The notes below the pieces were generated by a model that ran no database searches, was not told the DNA's origin, and worked only from the letters and a program-made list of their open reading frames with translations. From Paraspadella gotoi (lineage: Eukaryota; Animalia; Chaetognatha), in assembly GCA_051294375.1 (NCBI GenBank), contig CM119271.1:2606090-2670089 (forward strand): 64,000 bases of DNA, written 5' to 3'. Numbering within the stretch: the stretch's first letter is position 1; every line of letters begins with the position of its first letter. Below, one piece after another: positions 21,471 to 35,109 of this stretch. The translations under genes were made by a program, and so were the position numbers.

Positions 21471-21950
21471 TCTTTCCATGATTCATTTAAAAAAAGACGG
21501 CGAGTTGTCGGGAGTTCAAATTTTAAAGGAAGATAGTTACAGTTTTGATGATCAACAGATTTGGATTTTAGAGAAAAGAAGAAAGAGATTAAGAAAAAAA
21601 AAAAAAAAAAAAAGGTTTAAAAGAAAAGAGAGAAAAAAAAAAGAAAATAAAGGAAAGAACGTGACTTGAAACGAATCGAAATCGAAAAATGATGGAAAAA
21701 ACATGAAAAATTTAATTTCGCGGAAATCTTGGACAAAAAAATAAACAATTCTTGTTATAAACTAAAAAAACCTGAGCTCCGAACAGATATAAAACGTTTT
21801 TAATCTTTTCTAAGAAGGATAAAACATTTTTTTCAATAATCTCATCTGAGAGCGCGAGCTATTTTTGAAATTATTCTTGGCGACCTCTTGTCCGATTTGT
21901 CTGAGAAAGAATGCAGTAAAAATTCTTTAATCATTCAAGGGTTATACGTA

Positions 21951-22004
<54 letters not shown>

Positions 22005-22573
22005 AAATTGAGTTTGAAGTGAATAATTTTTAAAAAGAAGAACGAAATCACGACGACGACGACGACGACGACGACGACCTTTCAATTCGAGGGTGGCATT
22101 TGCTCGTCGTCCACACACATGATTTCGAATGACGCAGCGCGTGATCGATCCCGAGCGCCTGCTCTTCCTCTTCCTCCTCCTCCTCCTCTTCCACCTTTCT
22201 AACCCTCTTTAAAAATAGAATGAAATACTTAAGGGAGTGGTCTTTTCGTACAATTGAAACATTCTTTGAAATATTATGCCACTTCATTGATAATGAAGCC
22301 AGGTACTCTGGGAGTGAATAAACGAGACTGCGAGAGAGTCTTGATTGAAAGCTTGCAGGGACTTGCTATGTCATTATCTTGATGGAGGCCTTAAAACACC
22401 AAAGCCTGTCCAAAGTCAGGGGCAAGATAGCTTATTTAGTAAATGAATAGAAAATTTTTATATTGGTTGTGCCAATTTGTTATATATCGAAAAGGGATGC
22501 CAATAATAAATGTTAAATGTTCAGGAAAAACTGTGTAGGAGCTTTTCTGCTGCAGGCAGCTATTCGTCATGAC

Positions 22574-25500
22574 TAGTGTTCCGATAACCGTTAACTGTTA
22601 ACGGTTATTAACGGTAAAATTATTTTAACTTAACCGTTAATATATTTTTTACGGTTAAATTCGGTTAATTCTCACAATGTGATTCTCTTCATTTTTGGTA
22701 TGAAATCTTTAAATTTAAAAAAAACCTATTTTTTTTCGTCTTCTCTTATTCTCCTATCCCTTCTCACCATATTTTTACCCTCTCTCTCTTCTCCACTTTT
22801 TCCCCTGCTTTGTTATTTTCTTCTTTTTTTTCTATCCTCATCTCTCTCTTATTCTTTCTTCCCTTTATTATCTCTCCTGTTCCTTTTTTTTTCTTTTTCA
22901 CTTTTCCCCTTCTTTTCTTTCCCCTTTTTTTTTCTCCTTTTTTCGCCCTTTGCTTTTACCCTTTTCCTTTTTTTTGCCCTTTCAGCAATATATATATTCA
23001 ATTAGCTAAAAATAAATAATCCCTCTTATTTTACTTTTTCTCTCTTTTCTTTCCCTATTTAAAATTAACAAAGAAGCAAATGAATAAAAACCATGAATGA
23101 AAAAAATGAATGAAAAACCAAATAAAATGTTTTTTTAATTTAAAAAATTAATATAGAAGGAACCAATCTTAAAAAAGACATATAAAAAAGAATAATGATG
23201 ATATACTTTTTAATTAAACTGAAAAATATATTTATTAATCAATAAAATATTTTGATCAATCGAAATCAACCAGTCTATCAATAAATTAAAATTCATATTT
23301 ATATTTATCGTCAATACCATTGGTCATAGTATTAGAAAGACTAACAACAGAAAACAAGCGTTTAAGAAACTAACACTACAAAATAATGAGGAAGAGAGAA
23401 GTAGAGAAAGAAAAGGAAAGCAAAAGAGAGAAGAGAAAACAAAATATAGAATAGAATTTGATGATATCCTTTCGTTTCGTTGTGTTATGAGATTAGTGTA
23501 CTATCCTCCCTGCACGATGGACTCACCTGCTCTGGATAAGAGATGGGCGCAAGGGCGAGGATCGGCACGCGATGCAAGGTGGTAACACCGCAGCCGAAAA
23601 AAGAGGGGGGTGGGGTGGGGGATCAAAATAGTGCAAACCAAAACACAATGTAATAAAGATTGTAATACTCCACCTTCAGTAACCTATTCATCCGCCAACG
23701 AGAAACCTCAACTCACCTCCGCAGTTGATTCCAATCCTGCATGAAGGATAGATGTACTATCTCCCCTCACGATAGGGGATCACTTCAACCGTGCTTTCTG
23801 GATAAGAATGGGCGCAAGGGCCCGTGCCTCCGAGCCCAGCCTATTCCGCTTCCCCACTGACCTGCGGAGGGACGATCCGACCCATACCTTCATCCATACC
23901 TCACCCAGGTCTAAAACGCACGCCTATGTGCCTCCCTCATTCTGCAGTTCGTATAATAAAAGCTGCCATTATGCCTAGGACGCGTATCTTGCGGCAGTGT
24001 CTGACGCCGCTTGAAGCAAATCCCGGATGCGAGAGGACTATACCAGATCCAGACGCACCTGGAGAGACTCGTCGCAAACTATCGTATCAGTGCCGTGAAA
24101 ACCTGCGCCAGTATGGCCCGAACGACAATGATCACATGACATCCCTGCTCCGAGGCGCCAAGCAATGAGAACGATGTAAAGGCGCAACCAGCACGTGATC
24201 CATGAGCGGAATAGTCGCGATACAGGAAATATCTCCTCAGTAGAGACTAATGCGCGAAGGCGCTGCGTGGTATTCGCCTGAAGAAAGGGGCAGCGACACT
24301 TTTCATGAGTCGGAGGTTTCGTTGAGCCGAAAGAGGAACTGTCGTGACCTCACGTCAAGCCCATGAGACTTGCAGCAGAGACATAGCAGTCCAAAGCTGA
24401 AAACAGCGACAGAGGAGTGCTCCTCTGGAACCTTTGGGTATGGACCGACGGAGATCCCCGCTGCTCTCCCGTGATCGTCTCGATCGCTTGATAACATAGA
24501 TATCATGTCAAAAGTAGGGAACCACATTCTAGACGCGTACACATCTTTCCCAAATTGGACTTTCCAAATTCACCGCACGATTCGCCGGCAACCACTGAGT
24601 AGAAAAAATGCAGATAGTTGAACGCACGAATTGATATCCGGGAGAAAGGCCGTCTCCGATGGGCATGCATATAATAAGCGTAACGGGAAATTTCCGGATG
24701 CCGGCACACGCAGCTGTCGTGGAAAAATAGTGGCGGCGACCTGGCGTGCAGTAATCCTTGCCTTGCGTTGTCTCGATAGAAGAAGCCTTGAGCATTTCTG
24801 CAATGTGCCAACGCAAGGATTCGAGTCAATTGGTCGGAGAAAATCCCCACAACGACCTACAGCGTTAAATGTGCCAGCGCACGAAGTGGCCAATAATGAG
24901 TCTACTGCTTCCGGAAGCGAGCACTGTACAGAGGCAGCCACAAATTTCGAATCCCATGAGTCCGATGAATTGCGCAAACCCGGTACATGAACCTGATACG
25001 ACCATCCACTATATCCGAGATGTATAAAAACTCAAACTCCTCATCGTGCGGACGCGAAGCGTAGATTTGGATGAAGTTGTTTCCAGGAAGTCAGAAATCT
25101 TGCGTTAGTTTTTGATTTTTCTTTCACCTATGCGGGTCCTTCCAACATGCCACAGAGCCTGATTGCGTCCTCAACGTAGCTAACCATCAGCTAATTCCAA
25201 ACAGTAAGCGCGCTGTGAAGGACATTTAAGGACTAAACGTAAACTCATGAACTGTCTCACCTAAATACTTTTGCATCACGCCCGAGCGTTAAATGAACAT
25301 GTTCGCATAGACTCAACGTGGTTCTATCGTATCATTCGAATTGACAGGACCAATCGCTGTCCTCGCATAACCGGCGTAAGGGTTTCTTACACACAAATAC
25401 TTGACATTCAAAGTCTAGGTTTCCTGTCTGGCAAACCCCAGAGATCAGCGGATTCGCTCGCAAGCCTCCATGGCGTTCAGCTAAAGAACACAGACGTTGT

Positions 25501-28500
25501 GAGAGAAATGACTTGCGCGAAGCTTCAGCTTTAACCTCTTGATCGGGAAACATCATTTAATCCCGGATGAATGAACGCACCGTTCGAAGTGGCAATGAGC
25601 GAGCTGCTGACTTGCCTTCGTGCAACGCGAATGAAATGGGAGCCCCTGATAGGCAAACAGAGAGACGCCAAAATGGGTTGTGGCGCATGAGTTACTCCTG
25701 GAAGGTCCGAACATTGAGTCTGAGCAAGCATGATATGCGTAGAGTGATGCCAACCCGGATGGTGATGGGCCCTGCGTGAGGGAAACAACGCACATTCGTA
25801 CATGAGTGCCAAAACCAATGGAGGAGCGCATTCGGGCATGATGGCCCGCCTAGATGGTAATGTTAAGTGGCACCATATCACTGGGTGCCGAGACGGAGGG
25901 AACGCTGATCAGGACAAAGGGCTTACGAGGTTGAAGCGCATGGGGCCCGAGACGTAGGCTGTCAGGGAGAACTGAGAACAGCCGTACACATTCTCCCCAC
26001 TCGATAAGAAGGCTTAATGATGTGAGCGTATCTGACGAAGGATGGGAATGCATATAACGTGCCTTCAGACGAGGCTGTGCAAAAACTTCAACAAGCTGCC
26101 AGCGCCTGGACAGGGTAGAGGCGAGAAAAAGGGTTAGCCTGGAGCCATCTGGACGACAAAAGCAATGGAGCAGAGCCATGAGATCAGATGCAGAGGCCCA
26201 AAGCTTCTGCCAAACTTTGGCTCGAAGACGGTGCTGAGAGTGCCGAGTCCGAACGTTGCGCAATACGCAAATGGGCAGATCGCTCAGGTTTTGGTCCGTG
26301 GACCACACCGCAGTGAGTTTATTATGGCATCTCACCTCCAGCGGAAAGCAAAAATATGCGAGCGCAGAAACACCAACTATAGTCTGCGTGAGGAAGCTCG
26401 CAGGCCAGTCCAAGCATGGCAAAGGCCCTGATTGTCGACTGCCGACATCCCACTCGTCTTTCCCACATATGGTCCGCAATCGATTGGAGCGCAAAAAACA
26501 GCGCCAAATGCCCTGGTGGCCAACTATCTGTCATTGCCATTGTAGTTGCCTGACCAGTACATCCGCATTTAGAACTAAGGGGCCAGAGGAGAAGGGATCA
26601 CATTGGCCCGCCCAGGCAAAGCCGAGGCCGATCGGTGATAAAAGACAAGAGCCGATGTAGCTGCTCATGTCGAAAAGGATACGGTACGACCAGGAGTTCC
26701 AGGAAGGACCCAGGAATGAAATCTCATCAAGGTTCTTTAGACAACCCTCGTGTCGAACTACATCCGTGTGACTGGCCATCGCCTCTTTGACAGTGAAGCG
26801 TGAAAAAGAGAGGAGGCTCGTGAATACCAGGCGGAGGCTGTCTTGCATTGCCAACAAAGGACTGCGATTCGATGGAGCGTGGCCGAGGCCACGATCGAAG
26901 CCAACTTATCTTCGCAGAAGACTGAATTTTCGGTCGAACTTTTCCGGTAAAAAACTAGAGAGACGTTGCGCCGTCAATCCCAAAGCCGAGGTGGACAATA
27001 CGCCCTGGACTGGAAGGAGCATTGGCTTTTACTGCGGGGAGATGACAATATGCTCCAATTTTGCTGAGGCGTACAGAAGGCAGTAGTATGCGCGAACAGC
27101 CCGAGAGTAATAGGGAGTCCTGAGTGCTTCGGTCATTATCATGCAGAGGCTTGATTCGTGGGGCCAGTCCCACGAACCTTGGTCACGGTCGATCCACAGT
27201 TCGCTATGGACTTCGCGAGCCCGAAGCCCAATCAGACAAGGGCAGAGCCAGTGGCTCGAGTAGACGAAGCGCCTAGTTCTTCACCCAAATGGAAGTGCTT
27301 GTATGTCGCCCAAAACCAAAATCCAGCCCACTCAGAAACCACAATAGTGAAAGATTCAGGCGTCAGCGGCGACATGTTTGTAGCCTGAACATCATTCGTA
27401 CGCAAGTGAAAAAAAAAGTATCTTGTGTAGAACTCGCACGATGTCAGCAAGCTTGCTTAGGGTGAAGCGTCGGTACGCAGAAGCAGTGTTAACCCTTTCA
27501 TTGACAGGATCAGCCGCGCTTTGATGGTTCAACTGGAAGCGCATTTGATCACATCGCGGCGGAGGGTCAATTCCAACACGACCCAGACATTTCGACACAC
27601 TCCCCTCTCGCAGCCGTCTGCAAATTGTCTGAGAGACGAATATCCTTGAACTCCAGACAGATTGGGCCGAGCGTTCTGAAAATACATCTCTGGGCTGGCA
27701 TGGTCGAAGCCCTGAATGTCACTGCCATTGTACTCCCCTCATAGTACTAATAAACAGCGCAACGGAATTGCTTACGCCTCCCGAATCCATGGCACATCCG
27801 TGTTCGTAAAGCGGATGGTCTGCCTATGAGTTTATTCCATGCCCCGAGGGTAGTAGTTCCGTCGCAGATTCCACTCCTGAAGGAACTCGGGCGCACGCAG
27901 ACGTTACCACTAAAATCTGGAAGTTTTCCAGACCAGCGAGTTACTGACGAGGGCAAAGGAAGATTGCAAAGTCAGGAGGAGGGCGCGGTGAGCTCGACAT
28001 TCTTATTTACATGTCGCCATATCCCACACTGTCTGAAGGCGGCCCAGACGGAGTGCATGCCAGAAAGGATCGAAGTTGTCAAACGGTGATGCGGACGGTC
28101 GAGTAAAAGCGCGACGACGTCATAGTGGGCCAACATGCCTGAGCGCGGATAAGAACTGGTCTTAAACCATAAGAACCGGCGTAAGAACATTTATTGTAGC
28201 AAAGAGCAACCTGCATGCCCTACAGTTCAAGCCAGCGGTCCCACTTAATGCCTCGGCCGCACCAGCGCCCAGTCAGTGTGGTGGCTTGCAGGACCCCACA
28301 GGTCCACAGGCCTGTTGCTATTGACTAATGCCCAAGACCCTAATGCTCATCTTGGACCACTCGTCGAGCCACCTGGACCAAGAGCCCTCAGTCTCAAATG
28401 ACCGAGTCTCGCAGGGCTCGCACGGCAAGCGCCACTGGCTCAAGCTAGAGTGCCAAGAGCACCCAAGGCCACTCATTCGGAAGGGCATTGAACAGAAGAG

Positions 28501-31103
28501 CCCTACGTCTCTGCGAACAACCCCACAGTGGTCCTGCAACTCCTGAGCAATGGCCCTACCAATGGCACTGAACGCTGCACACGAGGCTGTTCCCCTTGGG
28601 ATGTAGCAGGGCGTTGATACAAGACCATGCTCTCTATGCGACAACCCCATAAGGATCCGCGATCCTAAACGGCAGCCCTCCCTGGCTGAAATGGGGCACC
28701 ATCTAAGATCGCCCGCCCGGTTGGGACTGATTGTCGCAAGCAAATATGCATATGCGTTCATTGACCCTAACAGAAGCCCTAACAGCTTGTGGGGGGGGGG
28801 GTCTCTTCAGAGCCCTAAGTACTCTCAGGAGGGAAATTGCCCACCGTGCGGGCCGGCGCATCAAGCCAAGAACCCTTTGTCTCAAGAAATGACCCATGTG
28901 GGTCCTCAGACCCATCGCAGAACATCCCCCAAGAACTACAAAGTCTTGGGGTAATGAAGTCACACCAGCAGTGGCCTTAGAGCCCTAGATCTCAAGGCGG
29001 CAACACCTGTGTCGCGTCAATGGCCCGAAGCCCAAAAGTCATTCCTGCTGAATGACATATTCGGTTTCCTGTGCCCCACTGGTCCCGCGGACTCCTACTC
29101 TTGCAAACTCTATAGGCCCTTGAGGCCTAGAAAGGATAGGTTGCAGTCCCACTGGCCTACCCGCCGGATCACTCTAGTAAACCCTGCTTAGGTTACGAAG
29201 GGGTGGACTTGACCTATGATAGTAGTTACACGCAGGTACTTTTAGTATCCAACACGGGTGCGTAGAGTTTGGACAGTAAAGCTGAGGCCGTGGCACCTCC
29301 CAAATGGTACCTGTCTAACAAAGCCCCAACAAAGGAATCAAAGAATTGCAAAGAAACAAAAATGTCAAACTTTAGCGAATAACAAACATAGAAAATTTAT
29401 ATCAATCCGTTTATGATACTGCTTGGCGCGGGGCAGGCGAATCTGTCGACATATGCCCAACACGAGACAATAACATTGTGTCTGACTTTGTGGCTCGAAT
29501 TATGCATCTCAGCGTATGCGCCGAGCGATTCTCGGCTTGCGCGAACGAGGTTGGCCCCTTGGGCTTAGCGGCGCGAACCACCTGACCCCACTGCGGGAAC
29601 GAAGGGCTGCAGTCGCTTTGTCTGCCGACGAAGGCCTTTGCCACACGCCTGGAGGTCTCAGAGGATGCAAGAGCCTGACAACTACTCACAGGACAATGGC
29701 AGCAGTGCCATCCAAACCCAAGAGGCATTGACCGTCTTGGCCTCTTGATCAAGTTGTTTCAAATCAAATCTAAAGCGTCGCGCACAGCCTGCAGCTGCGG
29801 GAAAGATCCGGCGTGAGGCAGCACGTTTTAGTTGGACAGCATGTTAAAACCAACAAGTCTCGTAGCCAGAAAATCATCGTTCTGCGGGTCTTAGTGCGAC
29901 AAATGCCCACTATATCAGAGCGCAAGCTCTTTCATTTCGCTGTATGTGCGAAATTATATTCATCTATTCATATCTCAATAAGCAAACACTAACCTCAGAG
30001 GCGATTTTATAAAAGGTACGGGTGAAGCATTTGTCATCCCCTTTCTCTGATTTGGCTCTCGCTTCGCCTTCGCTCCTCAGATGAGTCAGGAGCGGAGAGG
30101 TCCTCAGATGAAGCGTCATCATAAATCACTGGTTTCTTGACTTTCTCTGATAACCTTGGGCGAAACGGTCGCCGACGATGGGTGGTAACCGCGACGTCGG
30201 CGCTTAGGAACAGGCTGAAGCTGACGTAGAGGCGCGGTGCCCCAGCAGATGAAGCCGACCTCTTGGCTGGCACTGTACCGCCGGAGCCGTCGGACAGCCG
30301 CTACGAACACGCAAAAAAATCATCGCGACATAAACGGCGAATAGCCCCTTCAGCTTCGTGATCTCAAACTTTAAACAAGCGTGGCACCCCTCTGACCCTG
30401 AGGATTTCCTCAATCTGTTTGAAGCACACCTCTCATCAGGATCATCGGGGTCACAGCAGCCGAAACATGTCCAGAGAATCGCATCACTTGTTGAACCAAT
30501 GTATTGACAGTATCGAGAGAAAGTCCTAATGAATGAAAAACTGATTGGATCTCCGATCCAGGGAAATATCGCCGTAAGGCTTCTGTAATCAGAACTAATG
30601 AGCGTGATGGCGTCATTGACGCGCTTGTGGCTAGAAGCCATGATCTAAGTTGAGGTCTGAACTGAAATCTAAATAAAAGGGATGAGCAAACAAAACAAAC
30701 AAACAGGCAAGAAATGAGTTTCTTCTTAGGGTTGCAACAGGGTTGAGCGTAGGCGACCAGAAGAAACGTTGAGGCACGAACGATGAAACCTCAACTCACC
30801 CTCGCAGTTGATTCCATCCTGCATGAAGGATAGCAAAAATATTGTTTTGTTACAACACAACAACAATTTTATTATGACATAAAAAACAGACATGTTTCGA
30901 CTCTGTTTCAAGTCTTTATCAGCGCATTCAAGAGCCAGAGTTAAAGAGAAAATACCAATAAATACTTAGTTTTTTTTAAATCTAAATAGTTAATTATAAA
31001 GTTAAATTATAAAATTAACCGATCTTAACGGTTAACCGTAAAAATGTTAGTTTTAGCGGTTAAGCGGAATCCTAACAATAATTATACGTATATCGGAACT
31101 CTA
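22574..31103. mobile_element. Non-autonomous hAT-type DNA transposon (~1.2 kb of its own sequence) carrying a 7.3 kb retroelement
   Basis: 13-bp TIRs TAGTGTTCCGATA / TATCGGAACTCTA (12/13 match); perfect 8-bp TSD GTCATGAC at 22566-22573 and 31104-31111; clustered subterminal TAACGG/CCGTTA motifs at both ends. No transposase seen. Confidence 0.85.
23497..30833 (-). mobile_element. Tyrosine-recombinase (DIRS-order, Ngaro/PAT-like) retrotransposon with split direct repeats; ORFs heavily frameshifted
   Basis: On minus: A1 (30833-30779) ... B1 (23821-23753) A2 (23751-23697) ... B2 (23556-23497). RT remnants DVQ-x-YKHV (~27371-27390), ALPFG (27298-27284) and WID-x-D (~27182-27196). YR-like RHYFSTTAACAG (from 24735 downward) and NYLH (24619-24608). 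GC-rich relative to the flanks. Confidence 0.75.
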
Positions 31104-31339
31104 GTCATGACCGAATCAAGAGAGTGCATGAAATTGGTACAAAAATTATCCATTAATTCAATAAATAAGTGATCTTGTCTACTGACTTTGGACAGGCGGT
31201 GATATAAGTGTTTTTTCAAAAATTGTAGTAAAACGTTTATTAACGACTTCACAGTTCACACTTCACACTTTACAGTTCACACCTGCCCCTGTCCTGTCCC
31301 CACTAAAACCCCTCATTCTTACCCCCTCGATTTTCCAAG

Positions 31340-31551
31340 GAGCGACGGCCACGCCCATCGATGGACTCGTCAACGTCGGCATCGTCGTCGTCGTCATCGC
31401 CGTCGTCGTCGTCGTCGTCGTCGTCCTCGCAGGTATTAGGAAATCAAACGACGGAAACTTCGATGTCATCGCTTTTGACAAGAAATTCCAATGGATCGAG
31501 GAAAGTGTGAAAGTTCACGTGAAGGATCACAGGAGTCCATTTAATCCATGA
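31340..31551 (+). CDS. Putative terminal exon of a small single-pass membrane protein (GATATPIDGLVNVGIVVVVIAVVVVVVVLAGIRKSNDGNFDVIAFDKKFQWIEESVKVHVKDHRSPFNP*)
   Basis: C-rich acceptor ending in AAG, 70-codon open frame, hydrophobic stretch followed by RK. The hydrophobic part is partly (GTC)n, and the upstream exon is uncertain. Confidence 0.35.
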
Positions 31552-31746
31552 CATTTTTAAAAAAAGTCAAGTCATCTTCTGGCTAAACTTTGTTGAGCTA
31601 TTGCTTATTTCAACAAAAAAATTAATCTTGAATAAAAAAACGAATTTAATTATATATGCGTATTTATTAAATTCTTGAACGGAACAGTTAAAAATTAAAA
31701 CAATATAAATACTAATAGTTTATATTTCGTCACAAAGCCGACGTCT

Positions 31747-34392
31747 TCACCCAACAATTCCCGAGATAACCGCTGCCTTGAGGGCAACTTTCACTTTGCC
31801 CATGGCCATGTTGAAGACGTAGGCCCCGACGAGGCACTTGTTGGCCTCCAAGAGCCGCTCGGCCAACTGCAAGGCTTTCAGACCAAAGGCCTTTGAGGAG
31901 AAAAAAAATCAGGAATCATTAAGTTTTTTTTTTTTCGGAATAGTAGTAAAGTAAGAAGTTTGGATTATTTCTCGTTTATCTTTAAAAAGAAAACAAAGTT
32001 TATTTATTTACAAACAACGAGTTTTTTAATTAAAAAAAAAATAACGGACATGTTTCGACTCTTCATCGAGTTCTTAAGGAATTGGTCATTAATGATGGGG
32101 CATACCTTCAGGAAGGTAATCATGCCGTCGACGAGATACTCGGCGCCGTCCAATCCCGCGCGAGCCATCTTCCTCAGCGCGGACTGCACGTAATCCTCAG
32201 CCGTTTCCAGCATGCCGAACCCCTGGAGATCGTGGGATTCAAAACAATCAAACTACATTTAACGTTTAGCGGAAGTGGAAATGTAGCAGATTAATTTGTG
32301 GATTATCTCAAATGAGAATAAGTTCCTCAATCTCATTTGCATATTGTCGTATTCTGTTAAAGCTTTGATAAATTTTTGTTCTATTGTCCTAAAGGTTTAA
32401 TATTGATATTTTACATTGTTTGTTCGTGGTTCAATTAATAGAAATGTGAGCCATGACAAACTCTATTTGAAGGCTGACTTCAGACAAAGAACAAAAGATA
32501 TTCTTTTGTCACATCGATGTTTTTTGGCCAAACTGTGGAAGATCTTCAGCTCGTGAACTTACCTCAATCTCGTCCACAACGTCGGCGGCTTCTTTCAACG
32601 CGATCGCCAATTCTACGTAGACGTAGTCGCCGATGAGACGCCTGTGGTGGAGGAGATTGTGGAGGTTATAGGGGTTGCTGTGGTTGTCGATGCGCACTGT
32701 GGTTTTTGTGGTCGTATTCTGTGAGTATTTGTATAATATCATCTCCCTTATATTCCTGTAAACTTTCTATCAAGTATAATTCACTAATTAATTAATCAAC
32801 TAATTAAATTAATTAATTACAGTACCCAAAAACGTATAGACTTGAGGCGACTTAATTCGCCTCAAGTCGCCTCAGACTGTAAAAATGTAAAAGTGCTCGA
32901 AATAATATTATTTACCTGTTATTCTCGATCCAACGAATGGCCATCTTAAATCCCGAGCGGCCAACCTTCTTGAGAACGTCAACGATGGCTTGGCCCACGG
33001 GGCCGACCGCCTCCTTGAAGCGCTTCGAGACAACCTTCAGCTTGATCAGGATGCGGGGGAGCACCTGGTGAGCGGAGTGTGTTCAGATAGAGATGTTACT
33101 TGAGAAGTGGGATATGAAGGATTCGATTGAGCTGTTGGCGGGAAAATTTGAAAGAGCAGAAGAAAAGAACGAACGAAGGAAACGAAAAAGAAAGAAGAAA
33201 ATGTAAAAAAAAATTTAAAAAAACAGAAACAAAAAATGGCACTATCTTCCAAGAGCGTCCCTTTTCTGCTTCCAACCCCTAAATTTTATTTTATTATTAT
33301 AAACGTTTAATCCTGAATCTCTTACTGAATTTTAAACCTCATCTTTAATCCTAACATAATCCATAAAACCAATCTTTATCATTAACAATTTAACAATATC
33401 TCTAACTTAAGTCCTAATCTAATTTTTTAAAGCTAAAAAAGGGCACTTTTGGAAAATATGGCGCAAAACAATTATAATAAAAAAACAAAACAAAGTAAGA
33501 TGGAAAGAAGCAGTCGATAAAAACAGAAGATGTTCCGCTCGCCTTATGGACGAATTTCCGCAGAGCGCTTCTCAAAGACCCCGTGGATCCGACGAGGCGT
33601 TCCAGTGCCCCCTCGCAGATTCGTCTCATGTCCTCCAGGAGACGGCGAGAGTCACGGTTCGCCGGGTCGGAGAGAGCCGCGCCCACATCCAAGGCGAGTT
33701 TGTCCAGCCAGGACTGCGAGGGAAAGGATTAGTGGAGTATCCTCAAAACTATTTATCTATTTATCTATCAGAATCCTTAAAAATATGAGAGCGAAAATTT
33801 TTTTTTTATCAGTTCTTTGATATTATTAAATGCTTCAACGTCTTCACGCAATTAAATAATCTATTCTTAAAAATCCTTTCCTAAAAATATGAAATTTTTA
33901 AAAAAAATTTTATCTTATTTTTATTTTATAATAATTTCTTTGATGTTTTTTGCTTCAAAGCGTCAAAGCAATTAAATGTAAAGTTAAAATTAAAAATCGA
34001 TTCATATTTTTCATAAATATACAGAAAATCGTTAAATTTGGGCCTTACTTACCTTTCCCTGACCCTCTGAAACTCACCCCAACGCCGTCGTCAGCATCAT
34101 CCACCTCGACTCCATAACCCTCGATCCCCAAAGCCGCGTGGAGTTTCCCTCTCAACATCGAGTAGATCATTTCGCCCAAATCGCACTTCATTTGCTCGAC
34201 GTATTCGAGAGCGGCCTGGAAGATCGAAGGTGGGGGAGATTGATTGATTGATTGATTTGTAACGCTCCAAAATGTGCCGGTTAACTCATTAACAATTAAA
34301 ACATGTTACAGAGCAATACATACAAATAAAATTTTTTGTCTACAAATATGAAAATAAGTTAAATTACTAAGTGAGCCTTGCATCCTTGCCAG

Positions 34393-34427
<35 letters not shown>

Positions 34428-34956
34428 TTCTCTCTCTCCTTCCTCATTCCTTATTTAAATTTCCACCTCACGTCCCCACTACCCACTCCCCACTCCCCAC
34501 TCCCCAATCCCCACTCCCTTCTCCGACGCACCTTCAAAGCCGGGACTCCGTAAGTCTGCAAGACGTAGACGACGGTTTCCGCCAACGCCGCCGCCTCCTC
34601 GAAGGCCAACCGGGTCATCTCGACCAACTTCTGCTTCAAGTACTCCACGGCTCGTTCGTACAGGCCGTACTCGGTCAGTACGTACTCGTCCGCTCGAAAC
34701 CCGATAGATTCGAATTCGATTTTGGCCAGAATGAGATCGGAGAGTTTCTTGCCGATAGATTCCTAGGGTTTGGGGTACGGGTTTGTACGTGTTTGTACGT
34801 GTTTTTTACGTACGTGTTTTTACGGGTTTCTTTAATATGCAAATGTATTTTTAGTGACACTTTCTAGTTAGAAAGGGAGAGAAAGGGAGAGAGAGAGAGA
34901 GAGAAGAGAGACAGAGAGAGAGAGAGACAGAGACACAGAGAGAGAGACAGAGAGAC

Positions 34957-34999
<43 letters not shown>

Positions 35000-35073
35000 A
35001 GAGAGAGAGAGGGAGAGAGAGAGAAAGAGACAGAGAGAGAGAGACAGAGACACAAGAGAGAGAGACGAGAGAG

Positions 35074-35109
<36 letters not shown>

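Larger units (their letters stand above)
22397..31201. mobile_element. Small MITE (~260 bp net) split by the hAT insertion; halves 22397-22565 and 31112-31201
   Basis: Left gcctgtccaaagtcaggggcaagatagcttattta is an imperfect inverted repeat of right taaataagtgatcttgtctactgactttggacaggc. No clear TSD. Confidence 0.65.

Noticed and set aside
23824-30641. Bacterial or viral horizontal insert suggested by GC-rich short ORFs
   Set aside because: Better explained by a frameshifted YR retroelement with RT motifs and split direct repeats.
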